Source: Candidatus Eiseniibacteriota bacterium (GTDB taxonomy: Bacteria; Eisenbacteria; RBG-16-71-46). From it: a DNA stretch of 64,000 nt. Below the pieces are notes generated by a model. It did not search any database. It saw only the letters and a program-made list of their open reading frames with translations, and was not told the origin of the DNA. The stretch spans positions 384,001-448,000 of the forward strand of contig CAVZLN010000006.1 of the NCBI GenBank assembly GCA_963776245.1, read 5' to 3'. The translations under genes were made by a program, and so were the position numbers. Below are positions 20,076-34,468 of the stretch, piece after piece (the first letter of the stretch is position 1; each line of letters begins with the position of its first letter).

Positions 20076-22568
20076 CTACCGCACGACCAATACCTTTCGG
20101 CTCGCGGTCAGGCCGTTCGAGGACAGCTTGATGAAGTAGGCCCCGCCCGCCACGTTCCGGCCGCCTTCGCCGCGGCCGTCCCACTTGATCGTGTGGGGGC
20201 CGGCCGAGAGCGTGCCATCGATGAGCGTGCTCACCCGCCGGCCGCTCGAGTCGAACACCTCGAGCCGCGTGGCCCCTTCGCGCGCGATCGCGAACCGGAT
20301 CGCCACCGATCCGCTCGTCGGGGTCGGGACCGTCGACCGGATGCCGAAGTCGACATCCTCCTTCGTCGGCGGCACCGAGAGCGCCCCGCAGTCGCACGCC
20401 GTGACGCACAGATTGAGCACCGCTGGCACCCCGGCACAGTCGAACTGGAGTGCGAAACAGCACGTCGTCCCGGGCGCCACCACCGCCGCCGCGCTCATCG
20501 AGACGAATCCGGTCCAGCCCGGTGGGATCGGGTTCGGGGCCGGCGTCAGGTCCTCGTTGAGCAACTGCACCCCGAATCCCGGACACAGCCCCGTCACGCT
20601 CCACGGCGCGCCCACCCCGCAGGTGGTGCTCTTGACGTGGATCATCGTCCCCGGTCCGCCCGAGCACACGATCACGTCGCCGAAGTGACGGTCCACGTGC
20701 CCCGTCACGCCGGGCCCGTTCCAGACGATGTCCATGTTCCCGTTCCAGATGGTGTCCTGCGGGCAGGGCACCCCGGGCAACGGTCCGGTGGCGGGCGACA
20801 CCACGAGCGGCTCCGGAGGCAGCGCCGCCAGCGGCACGTCGGTGAACACGTCGAAGAAGCTGTTCGGCGCGATCGACGGCACGCTGAATCCCCCGATCGG
20901 CCCAAAGTTCGGCATGAACACCCCGAACTCCTGCGACATCATCGTGCCGCTCACCGGCACCGTCGGCGCGTTCGGGCTCGGGTTCCCCCAGCGCAGGTGG
21001 AAGCGCACGACGCCGCCGATGTTGTGCCAGTCCACCTGGTCCAGCGTCGGCCCGTGGTTGCCGCACTCGCATGCCGTCGCGCACACGTCGAGGGTCGCCA
21101 CGCTCCCGGCGCAGTCGAACTGGAGCACGAAGCAGCACATCGTCCCCGGTGTCACCCCGGACACCGCGGTCACTGAGATGAACCCGGTCCAGGCCGGCGG
21201 GATCGGGTTCGGCGCCGGTGTCAGATCCTCGTTCACCAGGGTCGCGCTGAATCCCGGGCACAGGCCGCTCACGCTCCACGGGGCGGGCGCCGCGCAGGTC
21301 GTGCTCTTGACGTGGACGAGGGTCGGTCCGCCTCCCGGGCACACCACCAGGTCGCTGAAGTGGCGCAGCACCTGTCCCGTGCCACCGGGGCCGCTCCAGA
21401 TGACGTCCACGTTGCCGTCCCAGATGGTGTCCGGCAGACAGGGCGCGCTGGTCGCCGACAACGCGCCGGGCTGTCGCCCGGGCGCTCCCGGCGCGCCACC
21501 CGGCAGGATCTTCAAAGGCTCCTGCGGGAGCGCGTCCAGCGGCACGTCGAAGAACACGTCGAAGAAGCTGTTCGGCTGGATCGGCGGCACGTTGAACGCC
21601 CCGATCGGACCGTAGTCCGGCAGGAACACGCCGAACTCCTGCGACATCATCTGGCCGCTCACCGGCATGGTCGGGGAGTTCGGGCTGGGGTTCCCCCACC
21701 GCAGGTGGAATCGCACCACGCTGCCGACGTTGTGCCAGTCCACCTGGTCCAGCGTCGGGCCGTGATTGCCGCAATCACACGCGGTCGCACACACATCGAT
21801 GGTCGCCGGCCTCCCGTCGCAGCTGAAGTTCAGCATGAAACAGCAGGTCGTCCCGGGCAGCACCGTCGCCACCGCCGAGACCGAGATGTACCCGGTCCAG
21901 CCCGGCGGGATCGGGTTCGGCGCCGGCGTCAGGTCCTCGTTCACCAGTGTGGCGCTGAAGCCCGGGCACAGCCCGGCCACGCTCCACGGGGCACCGATCG
22001 CGCAGTCGGTGCTCCGGACGTGGATGTAGGTCGGCCCGCCTCCGGGGCACACGACCAGGTCGCCGAAGTGGCGCACCACTTCTCCCGACACCCCGGCGCC
22101 GCTCCAGATGACGTCGACGTTGCCGTCCCAGATGGTGTCCGGGAGACAGGGCGCGGTCGTCGCCGACAGCGCGCCGGGCGGGCGCTGACCGGCGAGCGGC
22201 GCACCGGCGGGCCCCGGGCGGATCTGCTGCGGTTCCGGCGGGAGCTGCGAGAGCGGCACCTCGAAGAACACGTCGAAGAAGCTGCTCGCCGCGATCGCCG
22301 GCACGTGGAAGGTGCCGATCACGCCGTAGTCCGGCAGGAAGACGCCGAACTCCTGCGACTTCATGATGCCGCTCACGGGCACCGTCGAGCCGGTGGGCTC
22401 CGGGTTGGTCCAGTGCAGATGGAAGCGGACGTTCGGCTCGCCGCTCGCGCCATTCACCTTCACCCAGTCCACCGATCCCAGCGTCGGGCCGGTCTGGGCG
22501 AGCGCGCCGGGAGCGGACAAGAGCAGAACCACGCCGAGGAGTGCTGACCATCCGAGGATGCGTCTCAT
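20076..22568 (-). CDS. secreted protein with three Cys-rich ~240-aa repeats and a C-terminal FlgD-Ig/T9SS-like sorting domain
   Basis: Signal peptide ending ALA-Q; three internal repeats; C-terminus IRF...LEVFDSSGRRV..L..G..SAG.H...WDGR...G..VAGGAYFIKL. Confidence 0.85.
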   Translation of the reverse strand: MRRILGWSALLGVVLLLSAPGALAQTGPTLGSVDWVKVNGASGEPNVRFHLHWTNPEPTGSTVPVSGIMKSQEFGVFLPDYGVIGTFHVPAIAASSFFDVFFEVPLSQLPPEPQQIRPGPAGAPLAGQRPPGALSATTAPCLPDTIWDGNVDVIWSGAGVSGEVVRHFGDLVVCPGGGPTYIHVRSTDCAIGAPWSVAGLCPGFSATLVNEDLTPAPNPIPPGWTGYISVSAVATVLPGTTCCFMLNFSCDGRPATIDVCATACDCGNHGPTLDQVDWHNVGSVVRFHLRWGNPSPNSPTMPVSGQMMSQEFGVFLPDYGPIGAFNVPPIQPNSFFDVFFDVPLDALPQEPLKILPGGAPGAPGRQPGALSATSAPCLPDTIWDGNVDVIWSGPGGTGQVLRHFSDLVVCPGGGPTLVHVKSTTCAAPAPWSVSGLCPGFSATLVNEDLTPAPNPIPPAWTGFISVTAVSGVTPGTMCCFVLQFDCAGSVATLDVCATACECGNHGPTLDQVDWHNIGGVVRFHLRWGNPSPNAPTVPVSGTMMSQEFGVFMPNFGPIGGFSVPSIAPNSFFDVFTDVPLAALPPEPLVVSPATGPLPGVPCPQDTIWNGNMDIVWNGPGVTGHVDRHFGDVIVCSGGPGTMIHVKSTTCGVGAPWSVTGLCPGFGVQLLNEDLTPAPNPIPPGWTGFVSMSAAAVVAPGTTCCFALQFDCAGVPAVLNLCVTACDCGALSVPPTKEDVDFGIRSTVPTPTSGSVAIRFAIAREGATRLEVFDSSGRRVSTLIDGTLSAGPHTIKWDGRGEGGRNVAGGAYFIKLSSNGLTASRKVLVVR
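20385..22490 (-). repeat. three tandem intragenic repeats starting at 22490, 21761 and 21053
   Basis: Each unit: GPTL..VDW...RFHL.W.NP...SQEFGVF.P...SFFDVF...DTIW.GN.D..W.G...NEDLTPAPNPIPP.WTG...CCF...C.TAC.CG. Confidence 0.9.
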
Positions 22569-22655
22569 GGGGAGTCCCTCGCGAGAAACGCTGGCGGCCG
22601 GTGCGAGGACGACCTCGCACCGGGCGGCCGGTGAGACGTGGCGGTGGGATCGAGA

Positions 22656-22691
22656 CTAGAGGCGCACGTGAGGTGGGTGACGCTTCACCAT
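22656..22691 (-). CDS. putative 11-aa leader peptide MVKRHPPHVRL
   Basis: AAGGAG SD 6 nt before ATG; lies between a promoter and an 11-bp hairpin (22598-22623) upstream of the repeat gene. Confidence 0.4.
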   Translation of the reverse strand: MVKRHPPHVRL

Positions 22692-22823
22692 GCCTGGCTC
22701 CTTGTGGGGGTGGTGGACAGGCTGGTCATCGCCGGCGCAGCGGTGCGGCCACCCTCTGCAGGAGGGTCAGACCCTCGGCGCGATCCGCGAGGAGTCGCGA
22801 TTTCTGGACCGGATTGTCGAGGG

Positions 22824-22853
22824 AATGTAGGTATCGGGTTCTGGACGCGTCAA
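22824..22853 (-). promoter_or_regulatory. sigma70-type promoter for the repeat-protein gene
   Basis: TTGACG-18 nt-TACATT on the minus strand. Confidence 0.55.
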
Positions 22854-22917
22854 GGGTCAATCTCATGTCGGAGGGCCTCGTGGGCGCGGGGCCCGGGCGC
22901 CATCCAAGCCGCCGGGA

Positions 22918-25543
22918 TCAGTCCTGGGGCTTCATCAGTTCCCGGAACGGCGGGTAGCCCCATACCGGCTCGAGGTCCATATCGCGGTGCGGGCCCCGTC
23001 CGATCCCCCTGCCCTCGGCGAACGATCGCCGGAGCAGATCGACGGCGAGGCGCTGCTCGCCCAGCAGCGCGGCGATGCAGGCACGGCGATAGGTGTGCGT
23101 CCCGAAGAGATAGGCGCCGTTCATCGCGCCCAGTCCGTCCGCGATGCGCACCGCCTCTTCGCGCCGGCCCAGGCGGGCGGCGAGGCAGCCCAGCTGCCCG
23201 AGGTACTCGGGATCCCCGGGCTCGTGCCCGGCCAGCGTCCGACACGCCACGTAGGCCTCGTCCCAGCGCTCCGCCCGGCAGAGCGCCTGGACCAGGCCGG
23301 GCAGGCTCTGAGCCGAGTCGGGTTGCTGACCCAGGCGCTCGCGGTACCACGTCACCGCCCGCCCTCCGAGGGAGACCGAAGCGGCGTGGTGGCCATGCGC
23401 GCGCAATTCGGCGGCGACCTCGAGCATCATGTCGCCCGGGGTGCCGAGGGTGGACACCGCGGCCAGGCGCTCGTCGAGGAGCCGGTCGAGCGGCGCGCTG
23501 CGGCCGAGCGCGGCGAGCGCATCGCCCTCCATGGTCCACAGACCCGACTGATCCGGGTGCGCGACCCGCGCGCGGTGCGCCTCGTTCAGTTCCCGCTGGT
23601 GCTGACCCAGCACGTGCAGGGCCCCGCAGAGGTTGATCATCCAAGTGGCGCCGAGCGCGTGGTCCGGATAGGGCCGCGGACCGAACCGGTCGAAAGCGTC
23701 CAGCACCTCGTGCGGCCGATTGCACAGCGTGGCCATGTAGCCGAACCACAGGGTCACCATCGGATCCCGCGGAGCGATGCCCAGCGCGCCGCGGGTGTGC
23801 TGGAGCGCGTCCTCGTATCGATGGGACGCGTAGGCGAGCATGATGTCGAGCCAGCGCCGCCCGAACGGCGGGAGCTGCTCGCGCCTCGCGGTCAGGGTGC
23901 GCAGGATCGCCGCCACGCGGGCGTGGTCCCCGGCCTGGTCGCGCAGGTAGGCCTCGTAGAAGAGCGGGGCCAGGAACTCGGGGTCGAGCTCGACGGCCCG
24001 CTCGAAGTGCCGCAGCGCCTCCGCGTCGTCGGTCTGGAACAGCTCGAAGCCGGCGATGAACTCGCGGTACGCGTCATAGAGCGGCGGACGCTGCTGGATC
24101 CCCATCTCGTGGACGGCCTCGAAGGTCGCGGCCACCGCGCCCATCACGCGCTGTCGCAGCGCGTCGATGGGTTCGAGCGGGGCGCCGCGGACGCCGCTCA
24201 CCGGGTCGAGCGCCTGGATCAGCCGCCGGTGCGCGGCGTCGGTGACGCGGGCCTGGAACCGCAGCGTGTCGCCCTGCAGGTAGTAGGCGCCCGAGACCAC
24301 GGTGCCCGCGGTGGTCTCCTTCGCCAGCCTCTCGATCGGGTCCCCGCCCTGCCGCTCGCTTCCGCCGGAAGGCTGCGCGTACAGCACGGACGTGCTCGGG
24401 ACCACCTCCAGCCCGGCGATCCGCGAGAGCCCCTGGGTGATCCAGTCGGACGCCATGCGCCCGAGCGGGTCGAGCGCCGGATCGCCGGTCTGGTTCTCGA
24501 AGACGGCCACCACGATGCGGCGTGCCCGTGGGCCCTGGGCGGGCCCATCGGGCCGGCTGCGCCACCACCCGAACGCGAGCGTGACCCCGACCAGCACGGA
24601 CGCGGCGGCCACGAGCGGGCGGAGCGCGGCGCCGCGGCGCTTCGCCGGCACGGACCGAGCGCCCGCGAGCGCCGGGGCCACCCAGCATCGCGCGGCTCTC
24701 CGACTCGAGATCGAACGCCAGGTCCCGTGCCGACTGGAATCGTTCCTCGGGGTCCTTCTCCAGGCAGTGCCGCACGATCTCCACCACTCCGGGCGGGATG
24801 TCCCGACCGCTGGCCGAGAGCGGCGCCGGCTCCTCATGGAGGATCGAGTTCAGCGTCTCGACATACGAGGCGCCGCGGAACGCGCGGGTGCCCGCCAGCA
24901 TCTCGTAGAAAATGGTGCCGAGCGCGAACAGGTCCGAGCGCGGGTCGGCCGCCCTGCCCCCGCACCTGTTCCGGCGCCATGTAGCCCGGCGTCCCGAGCA
25001 GCGCGCCCGGTCACCGTGGCGGCGCCCGAGAGCGGGGTCTCTCCCGCCGGCGCGAGCACCTCCGGACGCGTGAGCTTGGCGAGGCCGAAGTCGAGCACCT
25101 TCACCCGCCCGTCGCGGGTCACGAACAGGTTCTCGGGCTTGAGATCGCGGTGGACGATCCCCTTCTCGTGCGCGGCGGCCAGCCCGCGGGTCGCCTGGAT
25201 GGCCCAGTCGACGGCCTTCGGCACCGGGACCGGCGCCGGCGGCGAGCCGCCCGCGCAGGGTCTCGCCCTCGAGCAGTTCCATGACCACGAACGGAGCGCC
25301 CTCGTGGATGCCCACGTCGTGGATGACGCACACGTTGGGGTGGCTCAGCGCCCCGGCGGCGCGCGCCTCCTGCTCGAACCGACGGATGCGCTCGGGGTCG
25401 CGGGAAAGCCCGCTCGGGATGACCTTGATCGCGACGTCGCGGCCGAGCCGGCGGTCGTGCGCGCGGAACACCTCTCCCATCCCGCCCGCCCCGAGGGGGG
25501 CGAGGATCGTATAGGGTCCGAGCGACGTACCGGCGGCGAGCAT
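22918..25543 (-). CDS. Ser/Thr kinase with TM helix, TolB-N-like domain and TPRs (several apparent frameshifts at ~25228, ~25005, ~24957, ~24695)
   Basis: [35 protein letters not shown] spread over several frames; then [16 protein letters not shown] and TPR-like helices. Confidence 0.8.
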
Positions 25544-25548
25544 GCGGG

Positions 25549-26283
25549 TCAGTGGTCCGCGGGCGCGCTGCCGCCCTCGGACGGCTTCCGTCCCGACCGC
25601 GCCCGTGGCATGTCGTAGGTCAGTCCGAACGTGACCAGGAAGAGCGTCCCGCCGAACTCGAGGTCGGTGCCGGTGAGGGTCTCGAAGTTCTCGGAGAGCC
25701 ACATGCGCTTGACCGCGAGACCGATGAACGCCTGTTCGGAGAGCAGCGCGTCGATCCCGAGTCCCACCACGGGCGATGGACCGACCTCGCTGCGCTTCTC
25801 CTCGACCGGGATGAGGAACAGCACGGTCCCGGAGGCCTTCACCTGGCTCCTGAAGATCCCGAGGCCCAGATCGACGTAGGGCCGGAACCGTTTCATCGGC
25901 GCCATCACGTGCAGCGAGAACACGCCTCCGCTGACGCCCACGTTGCGGGTGGTCCCGTAGTCCGTCAGGAAAGGCGAGTCCACGGGCGGACCCGAGTAGC
26001 TCGCGCTCTCGGCGAGCAGCCCCAGCGCCACCGCGAGTCGCGGGCTCGACTGGTAGCCCGCCTCGATCCCCAGCCCGAGGCCGAGGCCCTGGTTGCGGAG
26101 CACGCCGTTCTCCGGGGCGCTCGCGGGGCCCACCTAGAGCGCCCAGTAGCGCCGCGGCCGGGCGGGCTCGGCGGCGCCCGCCCGCACCGCGGGGCACGTC
26201 ATCCCGAGGACGCACAGCGCGAGGACCGCCACGGATGCGGTCCGGACGCACGGATCAGGGCGGTCGTGGGAACTGGAGTGCAT
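25549..26283 (-). CDS. outer-membrane beta-barrel protein (OmpA/porin-like) interrupted by an in-frame TAG at 26134-26136
   Basis: Signal peptide (VRA-G) in frame with a barrel (RFRPYVDLGLG, GGTLFLVTFGLTY); GGAG RBS before ATG 26283. Confidence 0.65.
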
Positions 26284-26491
26284 GCGGTCGCTCCCCGGGT
26301 CGGCGGCTTCCCGGACCGGGTCCCGCGTCGATCCCGTCCGGTTCGGACTCTGGCGAGCGGGCCTGCGGGCGAGCCGGCGGACGACTGCCATCGTCTCCTC
26401 GGCGGCCGATCCGGTGACCGCTCGGCGGACACCCACCGGATGCCCGGCAGGCTAGAACGGGGCCCCCCGCCACACCAGCGATTTCTCCCGT

Positions 26492-26992
26492 TCAGCCGCG
26501 CGCGCGCCGCAGCGCGTGGAGCATCCGGTCCAGCGCCTGCAGGAAGCGCGAGCGGTCCCGGGGATCGAACGGAGCGGGCCCGCCCGGTCCCAGCCCGGCG
26601 CTCCGGAGCTCCGCGAGCAGGTCGCGCGTCGCCAGGGCCTCACCGATGTTCGACTCGGTGAACGGCCGGCCGGATGGCCCGAGGACGCTCGCGCCGCGTT
26701 CGAGGCACCGGGCCGCGAGCGGGATGTCCGCCGTGACCACCATGTCGCCCCGCCCGGCGCGCGCGACGATCCAGTCGTCCGCGCTGTCGAAGCCGCGGTC
26801 CACGACTTCGAGGACGTGGTCCGGGCCGGCCGGGATCCGCATCCACGAGCCCGCCACGAGCGTCACGCCGAGGCCGTGGCGCTGCGCGACGCGGCACACC
26901 TCCAGCTTCACGGGACACGCGTCGGCGTCCACGTAGATGCGCGGGGGCAAGCGCTCCGGGCGCCCGCCGCCCGCGGCCGTCCCCGGGGTCAC
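26492..26992 (-). CDS. yaiI: YaiI/YqxD (UPF0178) family protein
   Basis: IYVDADACPVK, DSADDWI, VVTADIPLA, GGPAPF..RDRSRF. Confidence 0.9.
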   Translation of the reverse strand: MTPGTAAGGGRPERLPPRIYVDADACPVKLEVCRVAQRHGLGVTLVAGSWMRIPAGPDHVLEVVDRGFDSADDWIVARAGRGDMVVTADIPLAARCLERGASVLGPSGRPFTESNIGEALATRDLLAELRSAGLGPGGPAPFDPRDRSRFLQALDRMLHALRRARG

Positions 26993-28152
26993 GCGCCCTC
27001 CCACCCCGCGCGCGTGGCGCCGGCCACGTCCGCGCCGGGTGGTGGCGCCGCCCCGAGCGCGCGGGCGCACTGCTCGAGCGCGAGCGCCACCGCGAGCATG
27101 TCGTCCCGCTGGTAGCCGCCCATGTGGCCGACGCGCACGATGCGGCCCCGGAGCCGGTCCTGCCCTCCCGCCACCACCATGCCGTGGGCCTCGCGCAGGC
27201 ATCGCACCACCGCGCGGGCGTCCACGCCGGCGGGCGGCACCAGCGCGGTGACGGCGTGCGAGGGCGCCGCGGAGAAGAGCGCGTACCCGGCGGCGCACGC
27301 CCCCGCGCGCAGCGCGTGCGCGAGGCGCCGATGGCGCGCGTGCACCGCCTCGAGGCCCTCCTCGCGGATCATCGCGAGCGCCTCGTCGAGCGCGAGCACC
27401 AGGTTCACCGCGGGCGTGAAGGCGGTCTCGCCGTCCGCGAGGGCCCGGCGCGCCTGACGCAGGTCGAAGTAGAAGCGCGGCAGGCGCACGCCATCGATCG
27501 CGTCCGCGGCCCACGGAGCCAGGCTCAGCGTGGCGAGACCGGGGGGGAGCATCAGTCCCTTCTGGGAGCCGCACACCACCACGTCCACGCCCCACGCGTC
27601 CTGCGCCAGCGGATGCACGCCCACACTGGTGATGGCGTCCACGACCAGGCGCCGGCCGCGCGCGCGTGTGACGCGCGCGAAGCCCTCGATGTCGAACAGC
27701 GCGCCGGTCGAGGTCTCGCTGTGGGTCGCGAACACGGTGGTGATCCCGGGCTCGGCATCGAGCCGCTCCGCCAGCGCCGCGGGCAGGACCACGCTCCCCC
27801 ATTCGCATTCCAGCGTCCGGTGGGGCACCGCGTGGGCCTCGAGCAGGCCGGCCCAGCGCTCGCCGAACCGGCCGCCCACGACCGCGAGCGCGCGTTCCCC
27901 GGGCGCGAGCAGGTTGACCACCGCGGCCTCCATCGCGCCGGTGCCCGAAGCGGCGAGGAGGAACACCTCGCCCGCGGTCCCATGGAGCGCCCGCAGTCCG
28001 TCGGTCACCCGCCGCACCGTGGCCCGGAATCCCTCGGTGCGATGGTGGGGCTGCGGCTGCGACAGCGCGCGCAGGATGCGAGCCGGGATCTCGACCGGGC
28101 CGGGGGTGAACAGCCGCGGGCGGGTCGCGGCGCGGCCGGCGGGGCTCGTCAC
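26989..28152 (-). CDS. class V PLP aminotransferase (alanine/serine-glyoxylate family)
   Basis: LFTPGP, HHRT, SGTGAMEAA, HSETSTG, VDAITS, GSQKGLMLPPGL. Confidence 0.9.
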   Translation of the reverse strand: MTSPAGRAATRPRLFTPGPVEIPARILRALSQPQPHHRTEGFRATVRRVTDGLRALHGTAGEVFLLAASGTGAMEAAVVNLLAPGERALAVVGGRFGERWAGLLEAHAVPHRTLECEWGSVVLPAALAERLDAEPGITTVFATHSETSTGALFDIEGFARVTRARGRRLVVDAITSVGVHPLAQDAWGVDVVVCGSQKGLMLPPGLATLSLAPWAADAIDGVRLPRFYFDLRQARRALADGETAFTPAVNLVLALDEALAMIREEGLEAVHARHRRLAHALRAGACAAGYALFSAAPSHAVTALVPPAGVDARAVVRCLREAHGMVVAGGQDRLRGRIVRVGHMGGYQRDDMLAVALALEQCARALGAAPPPGADVAGATRAGWEGA

Positions 28153-28177
28153 CTCGGTCCTCCTCGGCGGCCGGATG

Positions 28178-30741
<2,564 letters not shown>

Positions 30742-30923
30742 GATGGGCTCCTTCGTCGATCGGGGACGGGGAGCGTCCCCGACCGTGTCTGTCGGATGCG
30801 CGAAGAACCTAGCAGACCCGGCAAGCCAGCCGGCCGGGACCCGCGCGGCGGTGTCGCGGCGATCTCCAGCGGGCCATCACCGCGCGGGGGCGCGCAGTGG
30901 AGCGGGGTCCTCGGACCCCTCGC

Positions 30924-32182
<1,259 letters not shown>

Positions 32183-32204
32183 GACACTCCCGGCGTCAGG
32201 GGTC

Positions 32205-32789
32205 TCAACGGCGCTTCTCGATGATCTCGTCGATGATGCCGTACTGCTTGGCCTCGGCGGCTGACATGAAGTTGTTGCGGTCGGTGTCCTTCTCGAGCTG
32301 CTCCAGCGTCCGGCCGGTGTGCTTCGACAGGATGTCGTTGAGCTGCTCCTTCATCTTGACCACTTCGCGCGTGTAGATCTCGATGTCGGTGACCTGCCCC
32401 TGGGTGCCGCCCAGCGGCTGGTGGATCATGATGCGGGAGTTCGGCAGGCACGAGCGCTTGCCCTTGGCGCCCGCCGCCATCAGCACCGCGGCCATGCTCG
32501 CCGCCTGCCCCATGCACAGCGTGGCGACGTCGGGCTTCACGAACTGCATGGTGTCGTAGATGGCGAGCCCGGCCGTGACCATGCCGCCGGGACTGTGGAT
32601 GTAGAGGTTGATGTCGCGGTCGGGATCCTCGCCCTCGAGGAAGATCATCTGGGCGATGACCAGATTGGCGACCGTGTCGTCGATCGGGGTCCCGATGAAG
32701 ATGATGCGGTCCTTCAGCAGCCGCGAGAAGATGTCGTACGAACGCTCGCCACGGCCGGTCTGCTCGATGACGAAGGGCATGTAGCCCAT
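32205..32789 (-). CDS. clpP: ATP-dependent Clp protease proteolytic subunit
   Basis: [31 protein letters not shown]. Confidence 0.96.
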   Translation of the reverse strand: MGYMPFVIEQTGRGERSYDIFSRLLKDRIIFIGTPIDDTVANLVIAQMIFLEGEDPDRDINLYIHSPGGMVTAGLAIYDTMQFVKPDVATLCMGQAASMAAVLMAAGAKGKRSCLPNSRIMIHQPLGGTQGQVTDIEIYTREVVKMKEQLNDILSKHTGRTLEQLEKDTDRNNFMSAAEAKQYGIIDEIIEKRR

Positions 32790-32821
32790 AGTCTGCCTGG
32801 CTCCTTCCCGGACTCCGGTCC

Positions 32822-34124
32822 CTAACGGCCCGCGGGGCTCACCAGCGCCGATCCCTCGGCCGCCGGCTCGTCCTTCACGTCCGCCTGACTCATCACGTAC
32901 TCCATCGCCTTGCGCTCGACCAGCGAATCGCGCAGCGCCTCGCGCCGCTCGGCCGACTGATAGCGCGCCCGCACCCGCGCCGCCTGACGCGGGTCGGCCT
33001 GGGCCATGCGCGCGATCTCCTGCGCCACTTCCTCGTCGCTCACCGCCAGCTCCTGCTGCCGCGCGATCGCGCCCAGCAGCACCTCGCGCCGCAACGACCG
33101 CTCGACGCCCGGGCGGTAGTGCTGCTCGAGCTCGCGCCGCAGCTCGTCCCGCACCGTGCGGCCCTCGGTCGCCTCGCTGATCACCCGGTCGAGCATCCAC
33201 TCGACCAGCCGCTCCGGGAGCTCGAACGGGTTCCGGCGCACCAGCTCATCGGTCAGGGCGGCCTCCGACTCGCGCATCTGGCGGGCGCGCTCCTCGCCCT
33301 CGAGGTTCTGACGGACGCGCGCGCGCAGCTCCTCCAGCGGAGTCGAGCTGGAACACCTCACGTGCGAAGTTATCGTCCAGATCGCGCAGCTTCTTCGCCT
33401 GGATTTTCTTGATGCTGAGGGCATAACGCATGGACTTCCCGGCCAGTTCCGGCGTGGGGTGATCGGCCGGGTAAGTCATGTCCACGACGCGCTCCTGGCC
33501 GGCCCGGGCCCCCAGCAGGGCGTTCTCGATCTCGGCCGCCAGGCCCTCGGCCCCCAGCTCCAGACGGCGCGCCTTGAGACGCGTGCTCGGCAGCCGGCGG
33601 CCGTTGGCGTCGAGGCGCACCGAGTCGAACAGCACGACGTGGCCGCGCTCGGCCGGCGCGTCGAGGTCCAGGAACACGGCCGAGTCCTCGCGCAGTCCCG
33701 CGATCACCCGCTCGACCGCGGCGTCGTCGATGGTGCGCACGGTGCGGCGCAGCGGCAGGTGCCGGATGTCCTTCGCCTCCACCTCCGGGCGCACGTCCAC
33801 CACCGCCTCGAACTGGAGCGGCTGGCCGGGGCCGAAGCGCAGGTCGCGGACCAGCGGCGGCACCACCGGCACCAGCCGGGACTCGGCGAGCGCCTCGTTG
33901 GTGACGCGCGGCACGAAGCTCTCGAGGAACTCCTGCTCGATGGTGGGCGCGAAGTTCTGGCGCACCAGGTCGAGCGGGGCCTTGCCCTTGCGGAAGCCGG
34001 GCAGCGCGGCGCGGCGCTGGATCTGGCGCGCGACGTGGTCGAGGCCTCGCTCGACCTCGTCGGCGGGGATCTCGATGTCGATGGTGTGCTGCCACGCTCC
34101 GGTGGCGCGGACCGATAGGTTCAT
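32822..34124 (-). CDS. tig: trigger factor (apparent frameshift at ~33339)
   Basis: [10 protein letters not shown] ribosome-binding motif, LDDNFA; position in the tRNA-Leu-tig-clpP-clpX-lon cluster. Confidence 0.9.
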
Positions 34125-34177
34125 GCGGAAGGGATCGCTCCTCTGGATGGGGATGGGTCGGCTCCGGGTCGAAGATC

Positions 34178-34259
34178 TGCGAGAGGGGGGACTCGAACCC
34201 CCACGAGTCTCCTCACTGGAACCTAAATCCAGCGCGTCTGCCAGTTCCGCCACTCTCGC
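34178..34259 (-). tRNA. tRNA-Leu (anticodon TAG)
   Basis: GCGAGAG acceptor stem, D-loop AACTGGCAGA, anticodon stem CTGGA-TTTAGGT-TCCAG, long variable arm, GGGGG-TTCGAGT-CCCCC; CCA not encoded. Confidence 0.95.
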
Positions 34260-34468
34260 ATCACACGGAGACGCCCGGCCGCCCCTGCGATCCGCTCGCG
34301 GATGATCGTGCCGGGTGTCGAGAGGCCCCCGGCCGTACCGGGGGGCGCGGCCGCGCGGTCGTGAATGGCGTCGTGCTCCGAAACGCGCGGCAGTATATCA
34401 CAGCGCTCCGATGACGCTCCCGCGGCGCGGCTCGCGCTACCAGCGCGCCCGCCCGCGGGCCGCCCGCC

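Noticed and set aside
16588..20139. 1183-aa plus-strand ORF and many other long Arg/Ala/Pro-rich ORFs (e.g. 28..1767, 13586..15886, 58534..60603)
   Set aside because: Shadow frames of real genes caused by high GC3 codon bias; no recognisable motifs.
20385..22490. DNA repeats as a CRISPR array or DGR template/variable pair
   Set aside because: The repeats are ~700-nt in-frame coding units without spacers or adenine-specific variation, and no cas or reverse transcriptase gene is present.
34178..34259. tRNA-Leu as an integration site for an island
   Set aside because: No integrase and no duplicated tRNA 3' end seen; tRNA-Leu-tig-clpP is a standard arrangement.
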